Translations under genes and position numbers: made by a program
The notes under the pieces: generated by a model
What the model was told of the DNA's origin: nothing
The model's database searches: none
The model's input: only the letters and a program-made list of their open reading frames with translations
Part shown: positions 1 to 10,910 of the stretch, piece after piece
Layout of the letters: each line of letters starts with the position of its first letter
Position numbering within the stretch: the stretch's first letter is position 1
NCBI RefSeq assembly: GCF_964204865.1
Contig: NC_135255.1
Location: 930,001 to 994,000, forward strand
Length of the DNA: 64,000 bases
Direction of reading: 5' to 3'
DNA from: Styela clava
Lineage: Eukaryota

Positions 1-999
1 AATACATAAACGCAATGAAATGAAATTATGGTAGCTAGGCTGATACTTTGGGTATCCAGTCTTGCAATTCAAATTCGAAATTCATGAGAATCTCATAAAA
101 ATTCCAAAACGATAGTCAAAATAATAAAATTTTCACCAACTGCATTTTTTGAATATTCGAAAAATTATCAATATTATTTTGCTGATATTAGTCACAAAGT
201 ACTGTCCAAGAATTATCAGTCTTGGAATTGGATGGGTGAAATCAAAATACACAACTTTTTCAGTCTTTACATGCGAATGATTCAAGCAAGTCATCTCTTT
301 CTATATGTTTATGTCAATATCTAGACATATTGCCAAGATGTGTAACAAGAGTTATTAGTTTTCTGTTCCTACTAAGTAACTAAATATTTATATCTTTGTC
401 TTCCATTTTCTCCCGCGCTAAACTTAACTTCTATGTCTATGAAATGTTCACATGTACTCTATTGTACTCTATGTTGTATTCAAATAATTTCAACTTAAAA
501 AATTCCACAAAATGACGTTTAATTAATAACTCAAGTGACCTGTATTCGATTGCATGTCGATTGCTCAATCTGTATGTTCGTAACAGGAAATTGCACATTG
601 AACTTTGCACATTTAATTATCTACTTGATAATTGATACGACGTTGTTGATTTTATGAATTCGATAATTTCGACCACCATATATATCAGTCCAAGTTTTCG
701 TCGAAATACCTGGGGTATTTCGAGCGAACAATGGTATACTGGTGTTTTGCTTAAAATACTTCTTAGGTAATTTTGTTCTGTTAGTATCCGCTATATCAGA
801 GATGGCGAGCCACTGAATGGGGTTTTTCTTCAGTTACCCACGAAATCACGAATTAATGCAAACATACTATCATTTCAGTAAAATATAATAATAATACTGA
901 ATTCCATTTAACAAAATGTGAGCTACTATGGGATATACGTTTATGACATAAATATAGATATATAATTGATCCATTTTTACAACTTGTTTTGTAACAGAG

Positions 1000-1235
1000 G
1001 TTACCTTTCGAGGTGCACAAATGAAACGAGGGCGAAGAATGTATTTGGGAGTATACGAGAACTGGATGCTACTTTGCATTTTTTTTTCCGCATACAATGC
1101 CGTATGAAAAGCAAAATTTATTGGCATGGATGAACGACCTCGAGAATCAGAAATGAAAATGAAGCAGGATGGTAGTGTCTTCAATCGAGTACGAAAAATT
1201 ACCCTCATATTAAGAGATACGCGTGTGAAGCTCAA
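1000..1235 (+). pseudogene. Possible decayed C-type lectin-domain fragment
   Basis: Pieces in different frames read CIWEYTRTGCYFAFF..MPYEK, FIG/MNDLEN and IKRYACE. They resemble the start, the WIGLND-type core and the terminal YICE-type motif of a CTLD. Stops and frameshifts interrupt them; the resemblance is by eye only. Confidence 0.25.
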
Positions 1236-2467
1236 AGAAACACAATATTGACCAAGAATTACAACACTTGCGGAAAAATGCAACAGCAAGTTTTTCAATG
1301 GCGCAAGCTTTGATTATTTAAATATATAATTACATGTATGACACATAACAATAATATCCTACACCGCCCATTCATCAAAAAGGTTGGCCTTCCTTGCGCT
1401 ATAACAATTTCTTACATCTTCACACTTGCCATATGAAATTGAAATATTTCAAACACTAACGAAAAATTAGCATGACTTGAATAAAAACGCCACTATCGAC
1501 GTATTATGTTGGTAGATAGAGGAATGTTGGGAAATAAATATATTCTAATACATTGCTAAAGTGCACTGCACATTTTGAAATTATCCAAAATGTTTGATAT
1601 TTAGGATCGTTATCGATTCAGAAGTCAAATGAACCATGTCTAGGCATCCTATTCATTGCCTTTTTGTTTTTACGTGTATTCATTCTTCCTTCTATATCTA
1701 TCAATGACGTCATGTAATTTGAAACCTTTTCATATACACCTGCTTACAAAATTTCTGGACTACACGCTTGTAATTGTTAAATCGCAATCTTAAATCAGTA
1801 GAAGCAAATCTTCTAATATATATTCAAAGGGAACGAAAAATATAATTTTCAAATACTAAATACCAACAATAAAGATTTTTTGCTCTATCATTTTTACGAA
1901 ACTTAGGGCCCTGATTTCAAGACATTTCGCAGATTTAACTTACTAAAACTTCACTAAGATGGCATCATTATCTTTTAGTACGATGTTCTATAAATTTATC
2001 GTTTTAACATTTAGTCCTTCGCAGTAAGCATTGTACATATAGTCTACTAGTCAAACACGCTTATTAGACGCAGAGAGTTCGAAATAGCTTTCGTGACGCA
2101 AAACGTGCACGTGTCTGGATCAATGGCAAAAGATATATGACAGAAAACGCGAGCTTATCAATATAATATAATATCTAGATGTCAGAACGATTCATTTTGT
2201 GATATTGTGATATATAAACGACATGTTTGTTTATCAAACAGTAATTGACGGCATATCTGAATACATACGCTATGATGTGGAGCATCTCTATCTCAACGCT
2301 CTGTCGACAATATATATATCCCTCTATACCCCAAGAACCTGTAATGAACACTCATTAATTTTCACATAAAAGATGTCAAATGTACAGAAAATCTCGTCAC
2401 TTCCCTCTAGTGGTAAAGAACCAATATCACCAATATTATGAGTAGTTGAACTACGGTTTATTACATC

Positions 2468-2920
2468 CAAGGATGGGCAAACTGCGACCCGCATGCAGCC
2501 CGCGGAAGCTTCAACAAAATACTTAAAAAATGAAATTCGATTAATGACATATTTTCCGAGAAAACATTGGTCGACTTCTATAGGTCCTTTCCTTCTGAAA
2601 TATTCCATGTAGGAGGAAATTTGCTGGGAAAACGTTGTCTATATATTTGTGCAAGAACATGCATTTGCACACTCATGTCAACAATAATAAATGCTCGTTG
2701 ACAGCCGCTAATTTGCAAGCTTTGATGGAAATCTCAACAAGCATATAACCCCTTATTCAAAAGAATATAAGTAAAACAGTGCATTTTTCTCACTGAAGAA
2801 ATTTGAATTTTGAAAATGCTTGCTAATCTTTGGTTTTTCATTTTATACAAAGTTTTAAATTACTTAGCAAATTATACCCCTTATACCCGCTCATTTGAAA
2901 GTGCGGCTCTTGTCTTACTT
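2468..2920 (+). mobile_element. Degraded hAT (Charlie/Buster-like) element: one end plus transposase C-terminal remnant
   Basis: A Charlie-type end caaggatgggcaaactgcgacccgc starts at 2468. Positions ~2638-2796 translate as SIYLC...NNKCSLTAANLQALMEISTSI*PLIQKNISKTVHFSH*, matching the hAT dimerisation-domain pattern STYLCE..RSRLTD..L...S...H. Confidence 0.6.
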
Positions 2921-4052
2921 CAGTGACTTCCGCAAACAAAAGCAATCCTTTCGATTTATTCAGTCATATTCACAAGTTTATTAAGCTTAAACTGATGACA
3001 AACTTATTAGAAAATATTACATTAGCAAAAATAATCGAAAAATATTTTTAAAGTGCAATTAGTGTATTTTAATGTAAAAAAATAATATATATGGGGATAA
3101 TGCGGAGAAGTCAAAATATGGCTGCAAAGCTTCAAGGAATTCGGTCAAACAATGATAGAACCAGACTGACAAACGTCGTCGCAGAGCTATTCCAGACAAT
3201 AAATATTCCACAAATTTGTGCATTATTATCGGAATGTAATATAGATTAAACCATCAATGCTAAGAATCGAAATTATGAATATTTTGCAGAGAGCTAAAGA
3301 GGGAACAATGAACGCTTTATGTTGAAAATTTCAATCAAGCCATTTCGCCAATCGTTTGAAAATGTATGTATACAACATGGCTTATAGCAAATGGTCTCGA
3401 TAAACTCAGCTTTCAATATTATAAAAGATTCATCATTGAGTTGGTGATGCAGTATCATAAGTTTTCAACATAAAAGAGACGAATTCCTTTCGATAGGATT
3501 TACAAGGTCGAAACGACATTGGGAAATTCAATACACAGTATGGCTAGGTCGAATTTCTTTTCCTTTTGTTCGGAAAATAATTACCACCCGTCGGCTCGTG
3601 CCTTTTCTCAACATAAACAGTATAACATAAATACAGCGTCAGCGGGCTGATAATATATTTTCATCCATGGCCGACTATAAAACGTTGGTATATCGAGCCG
3701 ACTGCATTTTATTTTGCTTTGTAATATCACAGCCCATTGTACAAAACATAATAGCAATATTTTGACATTATCAGCCAATAACGGTGATCTATCATCGGTA
3801 AAATTCACGACTAAAGCTTTAATTTTATTTTTGGAAAATAATGTCATGAAATCCAAATAAGATTTGTATTTAGTTCACGTTCACGTAGAGAATACATTTT
3901 TGAACAAGGAATGGTCTCATTTTCACGTGAAAACTAATGAAAACAACTATCATTTGCGTCTATTGGTTAGAATAAGATCATCCTGTAAATATCAGTTCAA
4001 TCTGCATGTAAGAATTGTGCTGTACTAGACTAAGCATTAACAATATTTCATA

Positions 4053-4538
4053 TTAATTCGTGCTATTATTGGATCTCCATTTCACCGTGTTTGTTGGAGG
4101 AATACCGGTCATTCTCTTTTTATTGTCTGTGTCTCGTGAAAAGAAGTACCCACATGTTGGCTTTCCTAAACTTACGAAAGGTGCAAGAGAGTTGACGTTC
4201 GTCATCCACATTGCAGCTCTAACACTGTCAGGTGTTGTCGTCGGACGAAAGGGCTGAGGCCTCACTGCTCCTCTAACTTCTCCGGATCTCGTGTTAGAAT
4301 GTCTGACGAACATGTCGCTTCCTGATGCTGGTGCTTTGCTGCTGTCTTGCAAATGCCTCGAATAGTAAAGATATAAAATATCCTGATTTTTATCCGTGAC
4401 TACCCGATTGCTTGCGTTCATAGGAAGCCAAACCGTCTTAAAAGCATTTAGTTTCGGAGTTCTTGCGAAATACTGAAATTTGATGTAAGGCAGATCTCGT
4501 TTCCCCACCGTTGTGCGTTGTAGAACTGGTCCATTCAT
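4053..4538 (-). CDS. Uncharacterised 161-aa basic protein, probable single coding exon
   Basis: This is the longest non-repeat ORF on the supplied track (open 4053-4616, first ATG at 4538, MNGPVLQ...KWRSNNSTN*). It is GC-richer than its flanks, has AATAAA on the minus strand at 3824-3829 and a perfect CRE at 4793-4800. No family recognised. Confidence 0.6.
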   Translation of the reverse strand: MNGPVLQRTTVGKRDLPYIKFQYFARTPKLNAFKTVWLPMNASNRVVTDKNQDILYLYYSRHLQDSSKAPASGSDMFVRHSNTRSGEVRGAVRPQPFRPTTTPDSVRAAMWMTNVNSLAPFVSLGKPTCGYFFSRDTDNKKRMTGIPPTNTVKWRSNNSTN

Positions 4539-4792
4539 ATTTAATCTGAGCGAATTCCTTGACGAGCAATTTGCAGCGGGGGACCTCTCTCTACAATTAT
4601 CCTTTGCCAGGTGCACTACTATGTTTTTCTGCTACGATCTCTTCTATTTTCTACGAAACATCACCCTAACCTTTACCCTATCCTAATAAAACGAGCGCTC
4701 ACACGCACCTATTCACAGTTATTCTTTGTTGTTGTTCTATGATACTGATTGTCTCATTTGTGCATCGCTTCGGTTTTGAACGTTTTAGATTA

Positions 4793-4800
4793 TGACGTCA
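4793..4800. promoter_or_regulatory. Perfect CRE palindrome TGACGTCA
   Basis: Exact octamer ~255 bp upstream of the ATG at 4538, with half-sites (ACGTCA) at ~4851 and ~5271. Function is inferred. Confidence 0.35.
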
Positions 4801-6155
4801 CTATATCAAAACAAATGTAGAAAAGTTATTCCCGGTTACTGAATGTCCCTACGTCACTAAAAATGAAGCCGTGGAAAAATTTGGTGCCGGTGATATCGTA
4901 GTTATCCATGTGATTATTCTCAGTGATGAATGACTCGGTAATAGCAATAAACAAACTTTTTTGCTTGAGAGCAAACTTATCCGATAAAGTTTTGAAATTT
5001 CGCAGGCGCTGTTCGATTGTATGCGGTTTCGTCAATACCAACGAATCCTTCGACGTTGACCTGAATTATTGGACATGTTAGTGGACATAACGATCGTTTT
5101 GTTATTATGTTGTTCTTGTTCTTTGCCACAGAATAGGACACCTAGTGGAAATCTTAAAAACCGTTTTTTTTTTTGATTACTGGACCAATTTCTTTATAAA
5201 AATTTTAAAAGGCTATTACTTTTATTCATTTCAAATATTTCTGTTAGTTATGTGGTATTAGTTTTTTATTACGTCACCGGTCGTTCTGCGGATGCAAATT
5301 GTTTTTATGCTGGCACTCTTCTTCATGTTAATTTGATCACGTGCCATCGACCTTGCTTTGATACGGTTTGTCAATGGGGAATAGCAAATAGCGCCGTACT
5401 TGGTGTTATATCACAGTAGTGACTCGGATCGTTGGTGTTACTACAGTTCCAGCACCGTAACACAGCGCGATGACACTGAACTAACTCGTGACTGTCTCAT
5501 AAAAGCGGGGCTTGCACTCACTGTTATAACTGATGTCTTTTAATGTTGGTGCTTTTCTTGGAATCGATAAACGTGTTCATATATTTGAGCATAGCTCTTT
5601 TGTTATTATTAAGATGCTTCATCGAATAGAAAATATTTTGACGCAATATCAAAGAACTCACATCATGTCATATCATCCAGTATTAACATGAATTTGGAAG
5701 GTAAAATAGTAAACCACACTTGGAAAACTGCTTGCTCTGTCGATTGAGTGAAATATGGAAACTCAAAAATATTTTTAAATCGAAATTGATTGGCCCTAGA
5801 CTGTCGGGTCATGTAAGTGGCCATGTATGGCGGACGTAAAAAGTTACATTTTATGAACAATTATTTACAGTGCTACAAAAGCAAAAATGGAAAACAATAA
5901 GCCTCGTGCCAAAACTAAATTTAATCGCTCTCTCAATCTCAACAAATTCCTTGAGTTATTTTCAGCTTGAACCTCAAAAATTTTAGTTTGGTTTTGGCAG
6001 CATCAGGCGGGCCGGATTTGATCCGCGGGCCGTAATTTGCCCATGTCAGGATTGTACGTACCCGCGGGAAACAAATGGGTAGATAATAATGATGGGCAAA
6101 TAATTTATTGCCGCGGTGCACACGTCTGCCCTGGTGTCAGTATGTCACAATAGAC

Positions 6156-7355
6156 CAGGGGTCACCAACCTTTTTGAAGCCGAGGGCTACTTTCTGGGTA
6201 CCGATTAAGCCGAGGGCTACCAGTTCGATGAACATATTTAAAAAAGTCAACTAACCTTTAATTATTGATAATTACTGGTATTTAGTCAAGAAAAACATTG
6301 ATGAACTTTAGGATTCTTCAGGAAATCAAACGATTATCACAACGTAGCAAATGAATTACTAGCAATGACACTTCCATTTTCAAACTGAGGGTTTTTCAAA
6401 TTGATTTTAAAGTGATCACTGCAATAATATCTTCGGAAACCACAGGTCCACAATGTACCTACTTTTTTACAAACACCCTGCATAACCCTAAGATAAATGA
6501 ACTTAACAGTTGTATTGCCGAATGTTACATTTACAAACACATTTAACTAATTATAAATATCTTCGTTTTCAACAAGGAGAAAACTAAAATCAAACAAATC
6601 TAGTCTAATGCTCTCCACCAGTGTGTTGTACTCCTGCGTGTAACTTGACAGTTGACACGGTAACTCTGAGCGGGTCTTGCAGATTTTCATCAGTAAGGCG
6701 TATTCCGTGCTTAGTTCTTTGTGAAGTTCATGTCAAAAAATGTTGATTCACCAAGATGGCTTGAACCAAACACTGATCTCGTAACATACATAGGATTGCT
6801 GTTTGAATTAGAAGGCGAGCTTTTTCTGCCCGTACTGCGCTGACCAATGGACAGTGACAAGATGTGAAATGTCTCTTCGCTCTCCCCGCAAATGAGACAT
6901 ACGCAAGCTGTTTTCACGGTGGTAAAAGGAAATCCACCTCCCATTCATCGTGAAAATGGTAGGTTTTCTTTCGTTTTTCTGCCATTTTTCTTTGAAATCA
7001 ATAATTGTATTATTGGCATCGCTGCTCCACAAATCAACGGACACGAAAAAACGCGAGTTCGTGGAAGGTGACATCTGTGTGATGTCATAATTGGGAGAGT
7101 GATAAATGACCCGGTACATTACTAAGGTCAAATAAAAGTTAGAATGATCGTTACCATAATAATCAACGGGGGTTTATTCCCAGTTCCCAACTAAGACATA
7201 AGTGTGACTTATACAAAAATAACGTCACAAAAATTAATTGATGTAGCTTACTTATAGGAGCCGTTATCACGCTTTTTTTGGAACAGACCTGCGGGCGACT
7301 CATGTGGTCTTCACGAGCGACTTGGTGCCCGCGGGCAACGGGTTGGTGACCCCTG
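6156..7355 (-). mobile_element. Internally deleted hAT transposon (Buster/SPIN/GTF2IRD2-like)
   Basis: Perfect 15-bp TIRs caggggtcaccaacc / ggttggtgacccctg and a perfect 8-bp TSD caatagac (6148-6155, 7356-7363). The minus strand from ATG 6985 reads MAEKRKKTYHFHDEWEVDF/FTTVKTACVCLICGE (BED-finger start). This is joined to VFGSSHLGESTFFDMNFTKN/KHGIRLTDENLQDPLRV (dimerisation domain). Confidence 0.92.
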
Positions 7356-8137
7356 CAATAGACCATATAAACGAAAACAAGCCTAACATTGAATCTATCT
7401 TTTAATCAATCATATTACCTCCCGAAATTGAAATTGTCAGTTGCCGATTTAATCCGGCCCCGACTGTGCACCAGGTCGATATGAAAATTTGAATTGTTTT
7501 GATTATACTGTAGTGTCCTAAATTTTCATGTATGAGCAATCTGAGTGGCGGTATTTTCGATTGGTATTTTTGGAATAATCAAAGGTGATCATAAAGGTTA
7601 GTTTCTGTAAGAGGATGTTTTACGGACCGGTATACAGTAGTAGGACCGGTAGTTTATGAAATCGCTGCGAGCTATTCGACATGTTACAGCTTTTCTTCCC
7701 GCCACGTAAATGTTATGGAGGATCGAGCAATTTAATTGCACAGCTGCTTTCCTCAAATTCGACCTGAACTGATCACAGAACGAGTGATATTGGTTCGCGT
7801 CAACCCTCCCCACTTCAAATCTCTTTAAAGGGGCCATCTCAAGCAATTGGTACGTAAAGTAGCCTAAGTTTGATTCCACAATTAGGAGTTGCAAAGACCT
7901 TAGAAAACAAATTGGCAGCGTGCATACAGAAATAATGCAGATGGTTTTGACATAGAAGAGATCACGTGTCTGCTCACCCATTAAAATTTGTTCAACGTAA
8001 TTGAATAATGTGTGTCTGAGGTAGTCCGACCTTTGTCAGACGAAACGTTACAAAAATAAATTTGAGTTACTGTGCAGCAAAACTCTTGAATCACTAAAAA
8101 TTGTTTACTTAAGTTTACGATCATACTATAGTGTTTA

Positions 8138-8473
8138 TTACTTATCGATCCCGATCTGTAAGTATGTTGATAGGTATTTGTCTGTTTTTTTGCACTTTCG
8201 TATGTTACGCGATATCTCACGAAAGCGAAAGCGGTTAAATCTGCTCCAAATTTTGCATGTGCATTCATCATATCTCGGACCAGAAGCCTATTGATTTTGG
8301 ATGAATTTTGTCGTATAATTAGCGAGTTATCATTTAATTAATGATAGGACGCGCGGCGTCGATATTGAGTCAGAGCGTAGGAATCGAAACCGCAGTTTCT
8401 GTTTTGGGGGATCCCCTAACTTTCGTCGCTGCGAACGATCGATAAGTCGGCGATCTCCGATCGCTATCTCGTT
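8138..8473 (+). mobile_element. DINE-1/HINE-like non-autonomous Helentron derivative, copy A
   Basis: 5' subTIR ttacttatcgat, degenerate GTCT tract, conserved core, 3' inverted subTIR atcgataagt, 3' hairpin gcgatc-tcc-gatcgc, ending ctcgtt. Homologous to the copies at 29854, 59061 and 60598. Confidence 0.8.
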
Positions 8474-8610
8474 AACAAATTTGACAGGAATTTGTCCCAC
8501 ACAGTAAAACACGACTATCAATTCTTTTTTTTCAATATTTTTCTGAGTTTATTAGACACAAAAGGCCCATTTTAATCGTTTTCGTTGATTAAATCTGATT
8601 AATCTATTCT

Positions 8611-8722
8611 GGGGAGCGCGTCATGGCTTAATTCTTGGACGTGCATTGTTCCCAATATTCATCAATGATCTTCCAGATAATCTCATTTGAAACTCATTTA
8701 TGCTGACCACACAACTCTTTAT
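8611..8722 (+). mobile_element. Non-LTR retrotransposon (CR1/L2-like) reverse-transcriptase fragment
   Basis: Translates HGLILGRALFPIFINDLPDNLI*.. then YADHTTLY, a decayed QGSILGPLLFLIYINDLP...YADDTTL motif. Confidence 0.7.
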
Positions 8723-9640
8723 ACTTACCTTGTCCGAAAACAACATGCCGTTTGGATCTTGCTAAATTTATGGAAACGGATATCTTCGGGTTTCCGAATG
8801 AGAAGCTTCAGTGGCAGATCTATCTGAACTCGAAAAAAATGGTTTTATATGTATCCTGTATCCTAATCTAAATGTCGCTGGAAATCTCAGATGGATCAGG
8901 CCCGAGGGCCGTGGGCTGCCGACCCCTAACACAAAACTTTTGAAGTTTCAGTAGTCAATCCATAATTGGATGGGAGAAGTCGTCAGAAGTCTATTACATT
9001 TAATTTATCTACATAAATTTTGTTATATTTTGTGTAAGTTGTCCTCAGATCCCTTAAAAAGCATTGCCCGATTCTGAATCGTGTTTTTTGTATTCTTGTA
9101 TTAATATTTTTTTCGGTGGGCGGGCGCGTACTTTTACGTTTTTTAACTTTATTTTAAGTTATGCTCGCCTTCCAGGTATCTCTGCATTTTGTTTGTCTGT
9201 CCAGTTTTTGTGTTGTTTTTGTGTTTATGTCAGAGTACCAAAATAAATGATTGATTGATTGATTGAACTCTCCAACAAAGAGACTTACACTATAATACAT
9301 CGTTTACATTTATTATTATCTATGAATCTTATACATGATAGTGAATATGGGCGAAGCTGACTATCGCCGCTCTCCCCAGTCTATAGCCTACTTTAACTTT
9401 AATAACTTTGTGTATTATCTCTTTCTTGCAATGCTTTTTGGTCGCCTGACATACGTAACAATCATTTCTGAGTGGTGCGCGTGACCTTGCTCTGAGCAAA
9501 TTTTCTCGTCTAGATCAATCATGTGATATGTGACGTATTACCTCTCAGCTTATTGATATGGCTTATCAATAAGATTCGGGTGTTGGTAGAAAATTTTGGT
9601 GATCGTCGTTTTGTCAGTCAGCTCTGCTGCTTCAGTTCTT

Positions 9641-9815
9641 TGTCTATAGAATGGCGAAGTGCATTTTCAGTGTTTGACAGATATCGCGATACCCAGCTGT
9701 AGGCTATTTGTTCAAATAAATAGTGCTGTCTATGGAATGGCGAAGTGCTGTTTCAGTGTTTTGACAGACGGACATATCGCGATACTCAGCTATATTTGTT
9801 TAAATAAATTAGTGC
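9641..9815. repeat. Tandem duplication of an ~86-bp unit upstream of SERINC
   Basis: tgtctat(a/g)gaatggcgaagtgc...tttcagtgttt..gacaga..atatcgcgatac(c/t)cagct...tatttgtt(c/t)aaataaat occurs twice, starting at 9641 and 9727. Confidence 0.85.
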
Positions 9816-10092
9816 GTACCGGTAATTCTCCGGAAAATTATGTAGGGCCTATCTACAGATGTCAGTATTTAGGGTAATTGACTAATCCAGTACCGGTACC
9901 AGAGTATGGTAATCATTTGACAGTGCCGCAGAAAACAATTGTCCGATTGTCATTTCCAGATTCGTCTGTTCGTGCAGTTTGTTTTTATTTCGCGATGTCT
10001 TCAGTAAAAAGTAACACACCCTGCAGTCAGGCCATTTTGATTACTGGATGCTGGGATTATACTGTTATATATATTATACGTATATAGTTATA

Positions 10093-10452
10093 GGCGCGGC
10101 GGCGTGGCTCAGGCGCGGCGGTGTGGCTCAACGGGCTAAGTGTTAGGAATACGCTCGCCACCGCACCTCTAACTACTCTGCGTGGGTTCGCAGGTTCGAA
10201 TCCCATGCAGGGATGGTTATGTGCGAGAGGATTGCTGGACTCCTCGCCGTCGTTGCGTGGTTCACGTAACCGCTGGTCGGTTACGGCTTCCTCCACCACC
10301 AAGTCCATGCTACCGAAAACAAACAATACAGTAAAACTAATCCCATACCCGACTTGGAATGGTAACCGGACGAGAGGCCGTGGTTCGCCATATGGATAAG
10401 CCGTCTTATCTGCTTTCCTCTCCCCGGGATAAATATGTAAATCCTATCCTAT
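10093..10452 (+). mobile_element. tRNA-derived SINE, full length, with duplicated 19-bp 5' end
   Basis: Pol III A box tggctcaacggg and B box ggttcgaatcc, ~250-bp body and (atcct) tail. Near-identical copy at 53971-54310 (-) and partial copy at 20203-20341. Confidence 0.9.
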
Positions 10453-10910
10453 ATGCGTGTCATCGAATATCAGAATATTGTCTGGTAGAATCAGTCTGGT
10501 AGTCTGTCAGTATGTAGCTTCGTTTTTTTCAGGAAATGCAAATGTCAGAAGGTCCGAAGGTAGACTGCGGTATGTAGGTGGCAACTCTCGGATTGCTGAA
10601 TTTGAGTGATCAAACTTTTGACCTCACGACACCCCGTCTTCATTCCATGTTTATGTCGAATTTGAAGTTGATGACTGAAGATTTCTGTGATTGCAAAGTC
10701 TGAATGTGGATAAACCATCGCGTAATACTGTAATACATATGCGGAAGTTCTCACTGCTCCAGGCGTTACTAAATGTTAGAATTTTTCATTTCAGAAGTAT
10801 AGGGTAGGCTATCATACAGAACTTATTAGGCTTAGTTGCTTTTCTATTTTTACATTGTCCAATATTTAATAAAACTATTAAGTAAAGATTGGAATATACG
10901 CTGCATAGAC

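Noticed and set aside
3608-3856. Carbohydrate sulfotransferase-like fragment (LLADNVKILLLCFV)
   Set aside because: The resemblance is faint, the PAPS-binding motif is absent and no supporting exons were found.
4664-4686. Telomeric (CCCTAA)n repeat
   Set aside because: Only one exact unit plus degenerate neighbours. Similar words at ~11510 belong to a MITE.
2468-6050. One large hAT element carrying the 161-aa ORF as cargo
   Set aside because: The two Charlie-like ends face each other, but their flanks (attacatc vs gattgtac) give no TSD and the termini differ. They are more likely independent remnants.
7598-7981. 127-aa minus-strand ORF
   Set aside because: No recognisable motif or splice context, and it sits between TE insertions.
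10112-10205. tRNA gene
   Set aside because: A and B boxes are present, but there is no convincing cloverleaf or anticodon arm. The sequence continues into a shared 250-bp body in several copies, so it is a SINE head.
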